Shown piece by piece: positions 1 through 11,400 of a stretch of 64,000 nucleotides of DNA. The DNA comes from Mytilus californianus (taxonomy: Eukaryota), in the NCBI RefSeq assembly GCF_021869535.1, contig NW_026262712.1, positions 50,902,001 through 50,966,000 of the forward strand, read 5' to 3'. Below the pieces are notes generated by a model, which worked only from the letters and a program-made list of their open reading frames with translations, was not told the DNA's origin and ran no database searches. The position numbers and the translations under genes were made by a program. The number at the start of each line of letters is the position of its first letter. The first letter of the stretch is position 1.

Positions 1-719
1 GAAGCAACATGAACGAAGAATTGAAACTCCGATAAATTTGCTTATTCTTTGTCGGTCTCTTTTGATGATTTATATTGCTCCTACCGTTTCTATGTATTTA
101 AACATGCCTGGATTTCAAATGTTTGGGTTTGAGCTTTCCTAAAGAAGGTATATCTAACGCAAGGAATTTATAAAGTGTTATTTTTCAAAGAAAAGGTACA
201 CTGATGTATAAGGTACGTGTGCATACATGGTGTTATCAAAGAAAACTGGTTCGATGATTAGAAAACGAGTAGGTTATGTTTTTTCAAGAGGTTAGAAATT
301 AAATATCGTGATGAAACAAGACCTCAATTAAGCATATAGAAGGATGGCAATTTTATAAAATTTGACAAGAAAATACTGCAGGTTATGTATGATTATTGTT
401 TTAAAAAGGAAAAAAAACAATGAATGCAATCAGAAACAATATATCAAACAAAAACGCATAGCACCACTATTAAAAGAAAGGAATAACAAACACTGCTTGG
501 AAAATTTAAGATTCCGACCGCAACATGAACCCTACAAGGTACAAGGATTAAACTAAGAGAATCCAGAAAGGAAGCAGTTACAGCAGTAATATTGACAACC
601 GTTGTGTTGCTGATTTTAAGTAAACATCTATTGAAAAGTCGCATTCGACGATGTCATTAATGCGGTAAAGAGGATAGTGGTTGCATGTCCGTAGTTATAT
701 ATCACAAATATTCCATAAC

Positions 720-930
720 AGATTATGATGGAAAAAAAGTTTGTGCACGATTTCTTCCAACTCTTAATCGATATAGCCCTTTATACATTGGCTTCCTTGT
801 AAGAAGCAATCCCCTATCAATGAAATCATAATAAGAAATGAAAGTCCTGGAACAGAGTTTCAATATGGAAATTTTATAATATGCATGCATGTGCTGATGA
901 AATGTCACTGCATAGAAATAAAAGTAATGT
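720..930 (-). mobile_element. Degenerate reverse-transcriptase C-terminal fragment, Penelope-like type; paralogous relics at ~10140-10260, ~26280-26490, ~36340-36520
   Basis: ORF track reads SRTFISYYDFIDRGLLLTRK, matching the RAC..Y.DF.DRGLLLTRKLL thumb motif I recognise from abundant bivalve retroelements. The PLE assignment is inference. Confidence 0.6.
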
Positions 931-1026
931 ATGTCCTCCATGTACATTATAATTCCTTGTCTCAGAAATATTTTTCTAAAACATTTCCATTTCAATTCAA
1001 CAAATTACTAATTTTAAGTTAAACAT

Positions 1027-1054
1027 TTATTTATATATTCCATAACAAATCCAC
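1027..1054 (-). pseudogene. Last ~9 codons of the hydrolase terminal exon (orphan copy); second copy at 26601..26628
   Basis: Reverse complement reads WICYGIYK*, against WIYYGIYK* at 36629-36656. The downstream flank also matches 36250-36630. Confidence 0.75.
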
Positions 1055-1175
1055 AACAACTCCCTCATCCTGGTCGATCCACTTTAGAAAACTTTCCTAC
1101 ATGTGATGCTAATTTATTTTCCTGAATATGACTGACTAATTTTCCACTCAGCAAGGAATCAATAAATCAATCCTA

Positions 1176-1400
1176 AAATAGAGGCGAAGGATACCAAGGG
1201 ACTTTCAAACTCATAAGTCGAAAATAAACTGACAACGCCATGGCTAAAGGGAAAAAGACAAACAAGAGTACACAAAACACAACATAGAAAACAAAAGTCT
1301 GAGCAACACGAACACCATCAAAAACTGGGCTGATCTCAGGTGCTCCGGAAGGGTAAGCAGATCCTACTCCACATGTTCACCCGTCGTGATGCTCATGTAA
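1176..1400 (+). repeat. Abundant bivalve interspersed repeat (GGTGCTCCGGAAGGGTAAGCAG motif); copies at 17075..17290 (-), 26740..26965 (+), fragment ~39480..39560 (-)
   Basis: Direct and inverted copies are visible in the window. Family identity is from recognition only. Confidence 0.75.
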
Positions 1401-1689
1401 GTTCAAACCCGGTAATAAGTCAAATTCGGTAGATCACTTTTGATATATTTTCGGTATATCAAGTACAAAATCAAAAAAATGTGTTATCATATTTTTTGCA
1501 CCCCTGTTGTCTGAAGTGACCTTCATTATTTCATGACACGTGAACCATCGAAAGTTCCTTGTAACAAAACAGCAACAACAAAACAACAGAACAGCCATCT
1601 AAACGATATTGTAAAATTTTCAGTGAAGATGTATTAGATCACTTTCGACTTCAATGTTCGTGCCGTAAACTCCCAACGACAAATAGTGT

Positions 1690-1965
1690 ATGATGTAGAC
1701 ATAATCTTTCAATCAGTTTGATTGAGGTCTGGAGCTGGCATGTCAGTAACTGCTAGTAGTCCCTTGTTAATTTTTTGTATCATTGTTATTTTGCTTAGTC
1801 TCTTTTGTTATATATTCTGACATCGGACTCGGTTTTCCTTTAAACTGAGTTTTACTGTGCGTCTCGCTGTGTTGAAGACCAATTGGTAACCTTCAGTTGT
1901 TTTCTGCTCTTTGGTCGGGTTGTTGTCTCTTTGATACATTCCCCATTTCCATTCTCAATTTTATG
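1690..1965 (-). repeat. Common interspersed repeat (GAGAATGGAAATGGGGAATGTGTCAAAGAGACAAC family); fuller copy 27270..27800 (-), 15175..15360 (+), fragment 43005..43050 (+)
   Basis: Multiple dispersed copies in both orientations. Confidence 0.7.
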
Positions 1966-3849
1966 CTTAATAAGGAATCTTCCTCTATTTAAAAGAGGTA
2001 GTAAAACTATTGCGCGGAAACCAAATTGTCAACATTATAGACAAAGACGACGACAGGTCGATCACATAAAACACCCTCCTTTTATCCTTGTTGGTTGCAA
2101 CTTGGAGTAGTAGGATTGTACACAAATGGGCAAAGGTTTTGGATGTAAATTTAAGCCTGAATCAACGAATTTAAACTTTCATACAAATATGTGGTTCTAA
2201 AATTTTACATCTAAAATTATTCAACAAAATAAATGTACGTCGTCGTGTTTAAAATAATGACATTTGTATTTTTTGAAACAATGTTGGAACGGTTTTTGAA
2301 TCGAATTTCAAAATTTTAATAAATTATTTATGACAAAACATAAGCTATTTTTTATTCACATATTCTTGCTTAATTTTGGGGATAAATTTTGCTAATGCTC
2401 CGTTTCGTAACTTTATACATAGATAAATTGGAGGTAGTTGTCTGCATAAAGTTACGCCAAATCGTTAAAACCCTACTTCAAAAAATGTATATCTGAAAAA
2501 AAAAGTTCATTCTAGTAGTTGAAGTTACAGAGATAGATATCTGTACTCCTACAAACACTTAACCTTTTCATAGAAGAGAAACTTAAACTAAAATCATTGA
2601 ATCATGAAATATGGATTACATAACATATTCTACTTGAGACATGAACTTTTTTGTTATGTTTTCATTGCCAAAATTAAATAATATCTATATCATATATATA
2701 TATCAGATTTTCAGCCGTATCAACAAATGAAAAGGTAAGACGAGCAGATCTTAAAAGTATATTCTTTTATATAGATGAATTATTTGACAGACTTTTAGAT
2801 CAATAATGATCATTTAAATGATAAACGTAGGTTGTCTAGATTGAGAGAATTCATACATTCGCCTCTCTATCAAAACAGTTGTCTGAGGAATAATGTTTGT
2901 TTTCCGGATTATTCCGTTAGATACATATGCTAAAAAAATAATTGTTTTTTTTTTTTTTTTTGCTGAATAAAAATAAAAATAAAAATAGAAAATCGCTGTA
3001 AAGGTAGACTTATTTCATGTATTTGTACATGTTTAAAGCAGGCCATGACGTCAAATTTAGTATTGGTATGCATGCAAGCTTCCAATCAATTGAAGGGAAG
3101 GTTTCCCAGCAAGTGTCCGACTTCAACCATTTCGGATATCTTTTAAAACTGGTAAACCAGAACTTATCTATTCGTTTTACTAAAATCTTCATTTAAAGCT
3201 CATTTTAAAGAAAAAAAATATTATCTTTCGAACAGTGTAAAGTAAGAGAAAGTTCAACCAAACCGTTTATGAAAATAAATACTCGAAACTATCACCTCTT
3301 ATGTTTCCGTCTATTTTCAATTCCGTATGCAAAGAGAGACAACTCCGCCGCACTATTCAATGAATTATCAGAAAGGTGTACAATGAGGATATTTAAAAAC
3401 AGGAATAATATGTAATTTCTACATAAAGCAGAAATCCAAGTGTGTTGGTAATTGAAATTTCACATGAAAATTCGAAAAAGGTAAGATTTTTTTTTTGTCT
3501 TAAATTTTTGTTTGAATCGATTATGATTTTAATATTAAAAAAAATACCAATTAGATAATTGTATATCGTAGTGTAATTATACAATTTCTTGGTAATTTAT
3601 ATAGCTGAAGTGAAGCACATTTTCTTTGTTTGCATTTTGGACTACAGTAAAATAGTCATTACAATATAAGCTCTTGTACTGAAATTGTCGCTACCCGTCT
3701 CGGCGAAGAAAAAATCAAATATTTCCAGTACGCTGCAACTATTTAAATATAAAAAAAAAACGCTTGAACCAGAGACATACAGTACTCATTCTATATATGT
3801 TTCTCCCCTAAATCCAAATCTAAATCGCATGAAGAATTATTTAAAGTCA

Positions 3850-4150
3850 GACCCACAATATGAATAACAGATGTGGAGTATATACGTAAATGCCGGAGAT
3901 AAAATCCAACAAAACAATAACTCAATAGCATGACATCTTTTCTACAATTGTAGAAAAGAATCTGCTTACCAGTTGTCGATTTCAGTCTATTTTCCTCAGG
4001 AGCACAAATATGACTGTCAATTAAGTCCATATAGTGTAAACATGCGCGAGTGCAATGTATCATTTGAGCCAGTCCCTATACGCTATGCGATGGCTCAGAA
4101 GGTACGTTACTTTTCGGAAATGGGATGCTGACAATTCGAAAATTGAAAAA
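3850..4150 (-). mobile_element. Second degenerate Penelope-like RT C-terminal relic; paralog at ~14720..15010, partly deleted in block D (~29650..29790)
   Basis: The 14980-14830 copy reads IVNIPFPKSNIP..PS.SV*GLAQIIRFTRACLHYMDLI, resembling the IVNFPFL.SNIP..PAYGVYISQLIR..RAC..Y.DF motif. Stops and frameshifts are present. Confidence 0.6.
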
Positions 4151-5039
4151 TTGGAAAGTTTCAACATGTTCAACTTTGATCCCTACACCAACCACATTGC
4201 TGTTGCTACACGCAGGTTTTTACGATGTCTTTGTGTTTTATCATAAGACTTTTTATGTGACTAGGTGATGATCATACTCTTTGGTTGATGCATTTTTTAT
4301 TCATTTGTTTTAATTGCATGAGTAACGTCCTGATTTTTATGGAGAATATTGTAAAATGATTGGTGGTTTAAGTTGGGAGATATTTTACGAGCTCACGGCT
4401 CTATCCTAATTTGATCGTTGGGTTTCAATCTCCACATAAGGGGTATAGGCTCATTTGAGCAATGTTTGGGGTCCTGGGTTCCACTAATATGACCCTAGTG
4501 CTCCGTCGGTTGGGATTCGGGATCTTTATAAAATATGTAGCCCATATGAGTACACCAATGTAAAAAAAATCTTTACAGGACATTTTTTATTAATCGGTTC
4601 AATTCGAGAGAGAAAACAACTCTCTTCCTGCTTTTCATGGCCGCTTTTTTGTGGTATCATGTCAGCAGACTGTATCAGTTAAGAAAATGTGATGATAATT
4701 AATACAGTTACAATATGCCCTACCGAAGACCCCTTTTATTCTTTTGTATACGTTGACATGGTTAATATAAACATTGATCATGGGACCTTTAAACTTCGTG
4801 GTAGCTTTATTGGCTGTTTACACCATTTCATACATTTAGAATTCAATCGGTAAGATTGTTTTACAAACAGTATATTAGACTATACAAGAATACTTGTGAA
4901 ACAGTTAACAAAATGTTTATATTGCACATTTGAATTTCTATAAAATCTTCTACGGAGGCATAGCTCTGACTCTATGATTACCTATTGAGATTGATTGATT
5001 GAGAAATGATAACTTGATAAACGTCATGTGGCAGATACT

Positions 5040-5220
5040 ACTACCACAGGAATAGATAACTTATTTGGCAAAACCTTCCGGAACTTTGGGTTCTCGAAGC
5101 TCAACAATTTCGTACTTTATTTGTTCTTTTTAACTTTTTTGATTCGAACGTCACCAATGAATCTTTTGTAGACGAAACGCATGTCTAGCGTACAAAATTG
5201 TATTCTGGTACCTATGATTA
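5040..5220 (-). repeat. Common bivalve non-autonomous repeat (CGTTTCGTCTACAAAAGA..CA..GTGACG motif); copies 16380..16510 (-), 30320..30500 (-), 35878..36135 (+)
   Basis: Dispersed copies in both orientations within the window. Confidence 0.7.
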
Positions 5221-6920
5221 GTTTATTAATGATGATCAAATTGGTGTTTTGTGTGCAAACTATTTAAGGTGACAAACACAAAAACAAATCTACAGTCTAA
5301 AAATTCATTCTCCTCTTTCATTTTCTTCTTGCCAAAAAAAGGGGGCAATAACATAATTTGCCGATCTACCTCATTTGAAAGTGGGATGGGGAATGCCTCA
5401 TTGCCCCTGTTTCGTATGAATTATAACCGCGAAGTTTGACACACGAATACAGCTAAAAACAATGCAAACTTGATTTTGGTAAAAGTATGGCCCGTAAGGA
5501 ATACATATACATTGTACTGTATGTCAATTGGATTTCATGAATTCTTCGCGTTTCATGACGTTTCTTATGCTAGTAAGTCTTTTAAATTGCATTTGATATG
5601 GCCTTTACTTTGTGCAAAAACAGCTAATTTATCTTGCGTATATCGACTCTTTTCTTTAAGTGGAATATCCATATACATGTAGTCTCTAGCTGTCTGTTAT
5701 AAGCAGGAGCTGGAAAGAAATGCTTCCGATAATATCGCTTCTTAAACTTTGTCGTCCCAAAAAAACACACAATCAGAAATTATATTTAATACAAATGAAT
5801 ATCTAAACCAATCTTTATTGAATATAGCTTTTTACATAATAACCAGACAGCTTGTCAAGTTAAGCACCTTTAAAACTTAAATGTTTTGTGCTGTATATTC
5901 ACCTATAATCTCTCCTTACCACACAAATGCATGTATGCTGTTCTCATATTTGCGAAGCTTCTTGTCTAGTAAAGTCCGACCCTCGTTTTTTTCTGTTGCA
6001 TAGTCACATGCAGTATTTCCCTACCAACTGGACGTCTTTACTGTTCTTAATTTCTTGTAGTGTTTATAAGAGTAGTTATAGGATCGTTCTACCTACATTG
6101 TTCTTTTTTTTAACAGAAAAATCTTTTTTTTTATTATTATTTTAAATAAGTAATATTCAAGAAGATGAACATTCACTATTACATACAATTCATGGTTCCT
6201 CTATATTGCGTAGTTCACTGAAGTCAGTTGCAACGATGTCAACTCGCTTATAATACGATGAATATCTGGCTTTCAAAATTTCGGTTTTCGAACAATCTAT
6301 AGAGCCATAAACTATATAATAGTTTTAGATAACAAAATTGGTTTGATTATGCCCATGTGAAGAGAAAGATCACTACTGACTTAGGGTTAATATAATAAAA
6401 GTCTAGTAAAGCGATCTTTTACAATGTCCAAAGAGCATTTTGTACAAAATCGAGACAAGAAAGTTAAACAATCATACTTTTTTTTTCGTATTTCAATTGT
6501 AAATAATCCAAACAAAGTTAATTGTGTTCAGCAAAAAAATAGATTATTTTTATCTGCTAAGTTTATAAAAAAAAAAAATCACATAAAGGTTTTTAACTAT
6601 TCTTTCAATTTTCACTAAATAATTACTTGACTTTGGTCATTTAATAGTTAATTGACTTTGGTTTTTCTCTACCAGGTAAGTAAAAGTTCTGACCAGTTGA
6701 ATGGTATGGTTTGACGAAACACCTTGCAGTTCGATCATACTTTTGAATGAATAGAGCAGTACAATCAATCCAGGGTACAAATATCTATCAAGTGCTGACG
6801 GTATTTTTTTTAGTCCTTACGGACTGCGATTAACGATTGTAAAAGACTATACTGGTTTAACTTACTTGTGACATTTTCTCTGATATTTCAATTCTTGAAT
6901 ATTTAAGGAATAAGTGGCAC

Positions 6921-8248
6921 ATGGATACATCTGTAAGTACTGCCTGCAACGTGTGTGCTGGGCAGTCCATATCTAAACAAGCTGTCAAATGGTGTCCCGA
7001 ATGTGAGGAAGCCTATTGTTCGGAATGTATTAAACACCATGGTTTTGCAAAGGTAACGAAAGATCATCAAGTCATAGCTGTAGAAATTTTTTTGAAATTA
7101 CCGCCTTTTGTACTAGAAACCAGCATCACTTACAAAACATAGATCACGTTTCCAAAATTACTGTAGGAGTCACGAGAGTCCCTGTTGCAAACGATGCATC
7201 GACACAGATCATAAGAAATGTTTCGATTTGCCTCCTCTTGATGATGTCATCCAGGACATAAAATCATCGGTCGCGTTTGCGGATATCGAGGAACGTCTGC
7301 ATAGTCTAAAGCAATTTTTTTCTGAAGTCATAACAGTAAAAGAAGAAAATTTAAATGAAATCAAACTTCAACGTTAGACGATAGAAAAACAAATCAGAAA
7401 AATGCGAATAGAAATTAATCAGCGTCTTGATATCTTAGAGAAGGAAATATTGCACGAACTGTCCATATCAAAGCAGATGAAGGTACAGTCCACTCGAATA
7501 GAAAGCCTACTTGAAAACATGGAACAAATAAAGCAGTATGCTTCGAATTTGCAGACCTTTTTGAGCACGAAAGAAATAGACAGGGAACTGTATAAAACTG
7601 AAAAGGAAGTTAAAGTTTTATGCAAAGATGGCAGTTTGAATAAATACGGTATCTCATTTATTAAGGACGACAAGCTGTGAAATGTCATGGAAGACTTACA
7701 GTCTTTAGGAGAAGTTGCAATTACCTGTCAACAGACGGAAATCGTTCATGCGAAATCAAAAGTAAAACAAGCACAAATAGTTGCCTTACCGTGCACAAAT
7801 TTTGAAAACATGACTCTTGTACTTGAAAAAAAGGTTGTGGTTCCTAAATCAGGTAAAATTGCATTTGGTGTAGTTGCGGGATGTGTAGTATTACAAAACA
7901 AAAACTTTTTTTTCCAATTTTGATTACATTAATAGTAGCAATGATTGTTTATGTTTACTTCACAAAAATGGCATCGAAATATTTGTTTTGAAACCTGACC
8001 AAATTGGAATTACCCCTTGTGACATTGCTGCTATCAATGAAACAGCAGTAGCGATAACACCTGCTCTTCCTTCCAAATCAATTGTAATCTTCAATATTGA
8101 AACCAGAAAGGTATCAAAAGTGATAGAAACTAAACAACAATGTGGTGTTTGGATATCATGTTTCGAAAATACTCTGATATACAGTTGCGGGAAAGAAGGT
8201 TTAGGAATCAGATCATTGGAAACAGGAAATGTGTGTCCTATAACATAA
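6921..8248 (+). pseudogene. TRIM-like (B-box/CC/NHL) copy A, pseudogene, 3'-truncated
   Basis: Aligns to the 17992 ORF. Frameshift near 7125, TAG at 7375-7377, ~39-bp deletion near 7465, TGA at 7678, frameshift near 7915. Similarity ends at ~8240, before the last propeller blades. Confidence 0.93.
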
Positions 8249-10650
8249 GAAAGATCAAAAATCAGACGGAAATGGCTTTATACATCTGATCAGCACGAAG
8301 TACCAAAGAAACTTTATAAAATAAAGACAAGGACACAAAAAACCGATCTCACAGTAACTCAAAGTAACTTCTGGTGAAAAATATTCAATTCATAATCAGC
8401 ACGAAGTTGGACAAGTAATATATCAATATTAGGAGAACGGTACTGGAAAGTAAGTGAAAGTTCATAAAACGAATATCGAAACATTGGAAAGAATTACTAG
8501 CGATTGAAAAAAGATATTCAAATTAAAAACATGTTGCTACAATGTATATATTAAGTAATAGTAGTGAAACCAGAGTTATTTTTTTAAACATAAATTTACC
8601 TGAAGAACACACCAACATCTGTGGTAAGAGGAAAATATGTACATGAAAAGGTTGGTTGTAAAAACCCCGAATAGTCACGTTTTGTGAAAATGAGGTCAAA
8701 GGTCAAATCTTAAATATATCATATATTCAAGGTTTACAAAAACAGACGGAAATTTGAGATATATTCAGAAAAATGCTACAACAAAGATTTACTTAAAACC
8801 ATATATTACTAAGGATGTCAACAAAATTTTGGAACTACAGCTGTCCTTCCGCAATAAATTTGCATCAGTGGGAAATCTATTGAACGAGAACAAAAGAAAA
8901 TTCACTCTTCTTATGATAGAGTAGAGAAAATCCTTAACAAAACAATGCCGGTGACGATACTGATCAAAAGTTATTTCTAAATAACAATTGTAAAGTTTGA
9001 AGAAACTATTTGTCAAACTGTGTTATTATAAATATACATGCACAATACACGATGCTTTATTTTTTGTATTTATCGAGATAATTGCGTTAGAAGCTTGTGA
9101 AACTGAAATCTAAAAAAATGTTAATCTTTGCTGCATATTAATATTAAAAATTGGGGAAAACATAATTTACATACAAAATCTATATCTTTCGGAGTGTTCC
9201 ACAAAGTCCTCAGCTTGTTCAAATTTCCCCAAATATACCTATTTTTCACATCTGAGTTTCCAAGTACACCGGTCTGCTCTTGTCACATGAACATTCAATA
9301 TAGAAATATTGTATTTTATGTCTGTCTGTATAGGTTAAAAAATAAAAAAGATAAATATTTTGATGAAGTAAGTATCATTTTACTACTTTTTATACATTTT
9401 AAGGAAAGGTCGTTTCGATTTTTCTACATGTGTTTGTGGTCTTTTCAATTTATTCACATTCAATGTTTACATTGGGATAAGGTCCGTTTTAATTTGCTTT
9501 ATTTCAAAAGTGCTAATCTTTGCTGCATATCAATCGATTCCTTTTGGAATTTTTTTCCTAACTTTAATTGATTTAGCTACATATATAGAAGGATAATAAG
9601 TATGTTTTAGAGAGGTATACATCCCGGAGAAACTAAATTGAAGTTAGTTCTCAAGGAATGTTCGCATAACAACATTTTAAACCAATTTTAGATCAAGCTC
9701 CTATAACCTGCTGTACTCGTCGTTTGCTATTTACGATGGAAAATGATAACATTGAATGGAAGTTTTGTTTTATATCAACTTTTTTCTATTTTTACTATTT
9801 GCCAGAACTTTTTCCAATGCATTTATAATTGATAGCGTCCTTGCTAAAACGGGACAAATATTGAAAAGGGGGACAATATTTTGTCACTACATTTCCGACT
9901 TTGCATACGGGGCATCATGTACAAGGATTAAACTTTAGTGCTCCGACAGGGAAGAAGTTCCAGCAGTAGTAATGCCAGCCGTGTTGTTGTTTATTTCTAG
10001 TAAAATCTAGTGATGTTTATGTTTTGCATTCGGAGATGTCATTAATGCGATAGAGAGAACAGGAGTATGGCTGCTGAAATTTATGACACAAAGTCAACCA
10101 GACTAAGACGACGTCCGATAAATTTCGGTAAAATTACGCCAAATTTTATATAAATAACCCTATATTCATTAGCTTGGTTGTAAGCAGTAATCGTCTATCA
10201 ATAGATTCATGATAGGAAATGCAAATCTCTTCCTATACAAAGTTATGCACAGAAAAACCGCTGTTCACGGGGATGGGTCGCTTTTTTGTGATGTCAAATA
10301 TATTGATGGGGAGCAATTTCACGGAGGTAGTTTTTAATATATCAATGGGTAGAAATGAATATGTCTTCATTTTCTGTTAAGATATCAGTAAAACCTCTGA
10401 TCTGATCTATTAATTTCAAAATATGAATATGAATCACGGATCCCACGTGGTTAACATCTCATTGAAATATGATGTCATGAAAGTTGGGAAATATATGAAT
10501 GATTAGAGATTTTCGCATACACCAAAATTTACGAATGGGGATGTTTTTCAAAACCCAGCCGGATGTCTGTACGAATTTTTTTTTTTTTTTTTTTTTGGCG
10601 TAGACAAATGTTTTCATTTTATTTAAAAAATTATAAAATTTATGAAATAT

Positions 10651-10914
10651 TTATTTGTATATTCCATAACAAATCCACTCCATTGCTCTAATAGGTGGTA
10701 AAAGTGTAAAAACAAATGTCCGTCAACATCGTTGTTTTCTGTCATATACGCATATGACGTCACATGAAGTACACGATTTTTTCTCGTGACTAAAATATTA
10801 TTTTCATTCCAACTGGATTCCGATGGTTTAACAATATCTTCATAGAAAAAAATTCCCGAATTTTTTTGTCGGATCTTTTTCTGCTGATCTGATATATGAT
10901 ATCACGCAGGACGC
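10651..10914 (-). pseudogene. Orphan, frameshifted copy of hydrolase exon 7
   Basis: Colinear with 36629..36904 (..FTLLPPIRAMEWICYGIYK*). It has a 10-bp deletion (CTAATTTTCT) and a 1-nt loss at the acceptor. No upstream exons follow it. Confidence 0.88.
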
Positions 10915-11269
10915 TGTACAAAATAGACAAGACTCATAAATGCTATGATTTAAGTGTCAAATATATAAACAAGATTCTTTTTGTTAGTAAGAGAGACTTT
11001 TCACGTGATTTATTCATGATCGCTTTATCAACTCTTTAAGGGGTCAGGCGAAAATTGCCTGTTAATATCAAAATGTCCGTTCGTATTCAACATAGTTTTC
11101 CCAGTGGCATTTTAAATATCCCACCCTTCATCCCGTTAACCCACTTTATAACATCATATTGCAATATTCTTATGTAAACAGGCTTGTTATATTTTATTTC
11201 TTTTGTTTCTCATTTCTGACGAAGAAAATCATTTTTATGACAAAGATAAATATAGATTCTACCACTGCT

Positions 11270-11400
11270 ATCGAGTGTGATAAAATATTTATCCACTAGA
11301 GACAGTTAAATTTTCAAATTTAAAACGCGAGGTCCGCCGAGCGTTTAAAATATTTAAATTTAACTGTCGAGAGTGTATAAATATCGTATTGCACGAGATT
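11270..11400. mobile_element. Hairpin/foldback MITE-like segment
   Basis: Imperfect inverted repeat TATTTATCCACTAGAGACAGTTAAA ... TTTAACTGTCGAGAGTGTATAAATA around a GC-rich core (CGCGAGGTCCGCCGAGCG). Confidence 0.5.

Larger units (their letters stand above)
31..8240 (+). repeat. Segmental duplication block A, paralogous to 25638..~33825 (block D)
   Basis: Colinear, roughly 90% similar by eye from GATAAATTTGCTTATTC (31 = 25638) through shared repeats, the upstream region and the TRIM-like CDS. A few indels, e.g. ~260 bp missing at ~1860 and ~590 bp missing in D at ~29790. Confidence 0.92.

Noticed and set aside
3010-3192. Minus-strand 60-aa ORF recurring at 13241 and 28764
   Set aside because: Start, stop and frame are not conserved between copies; recurrence is explained by the segmental duplication.
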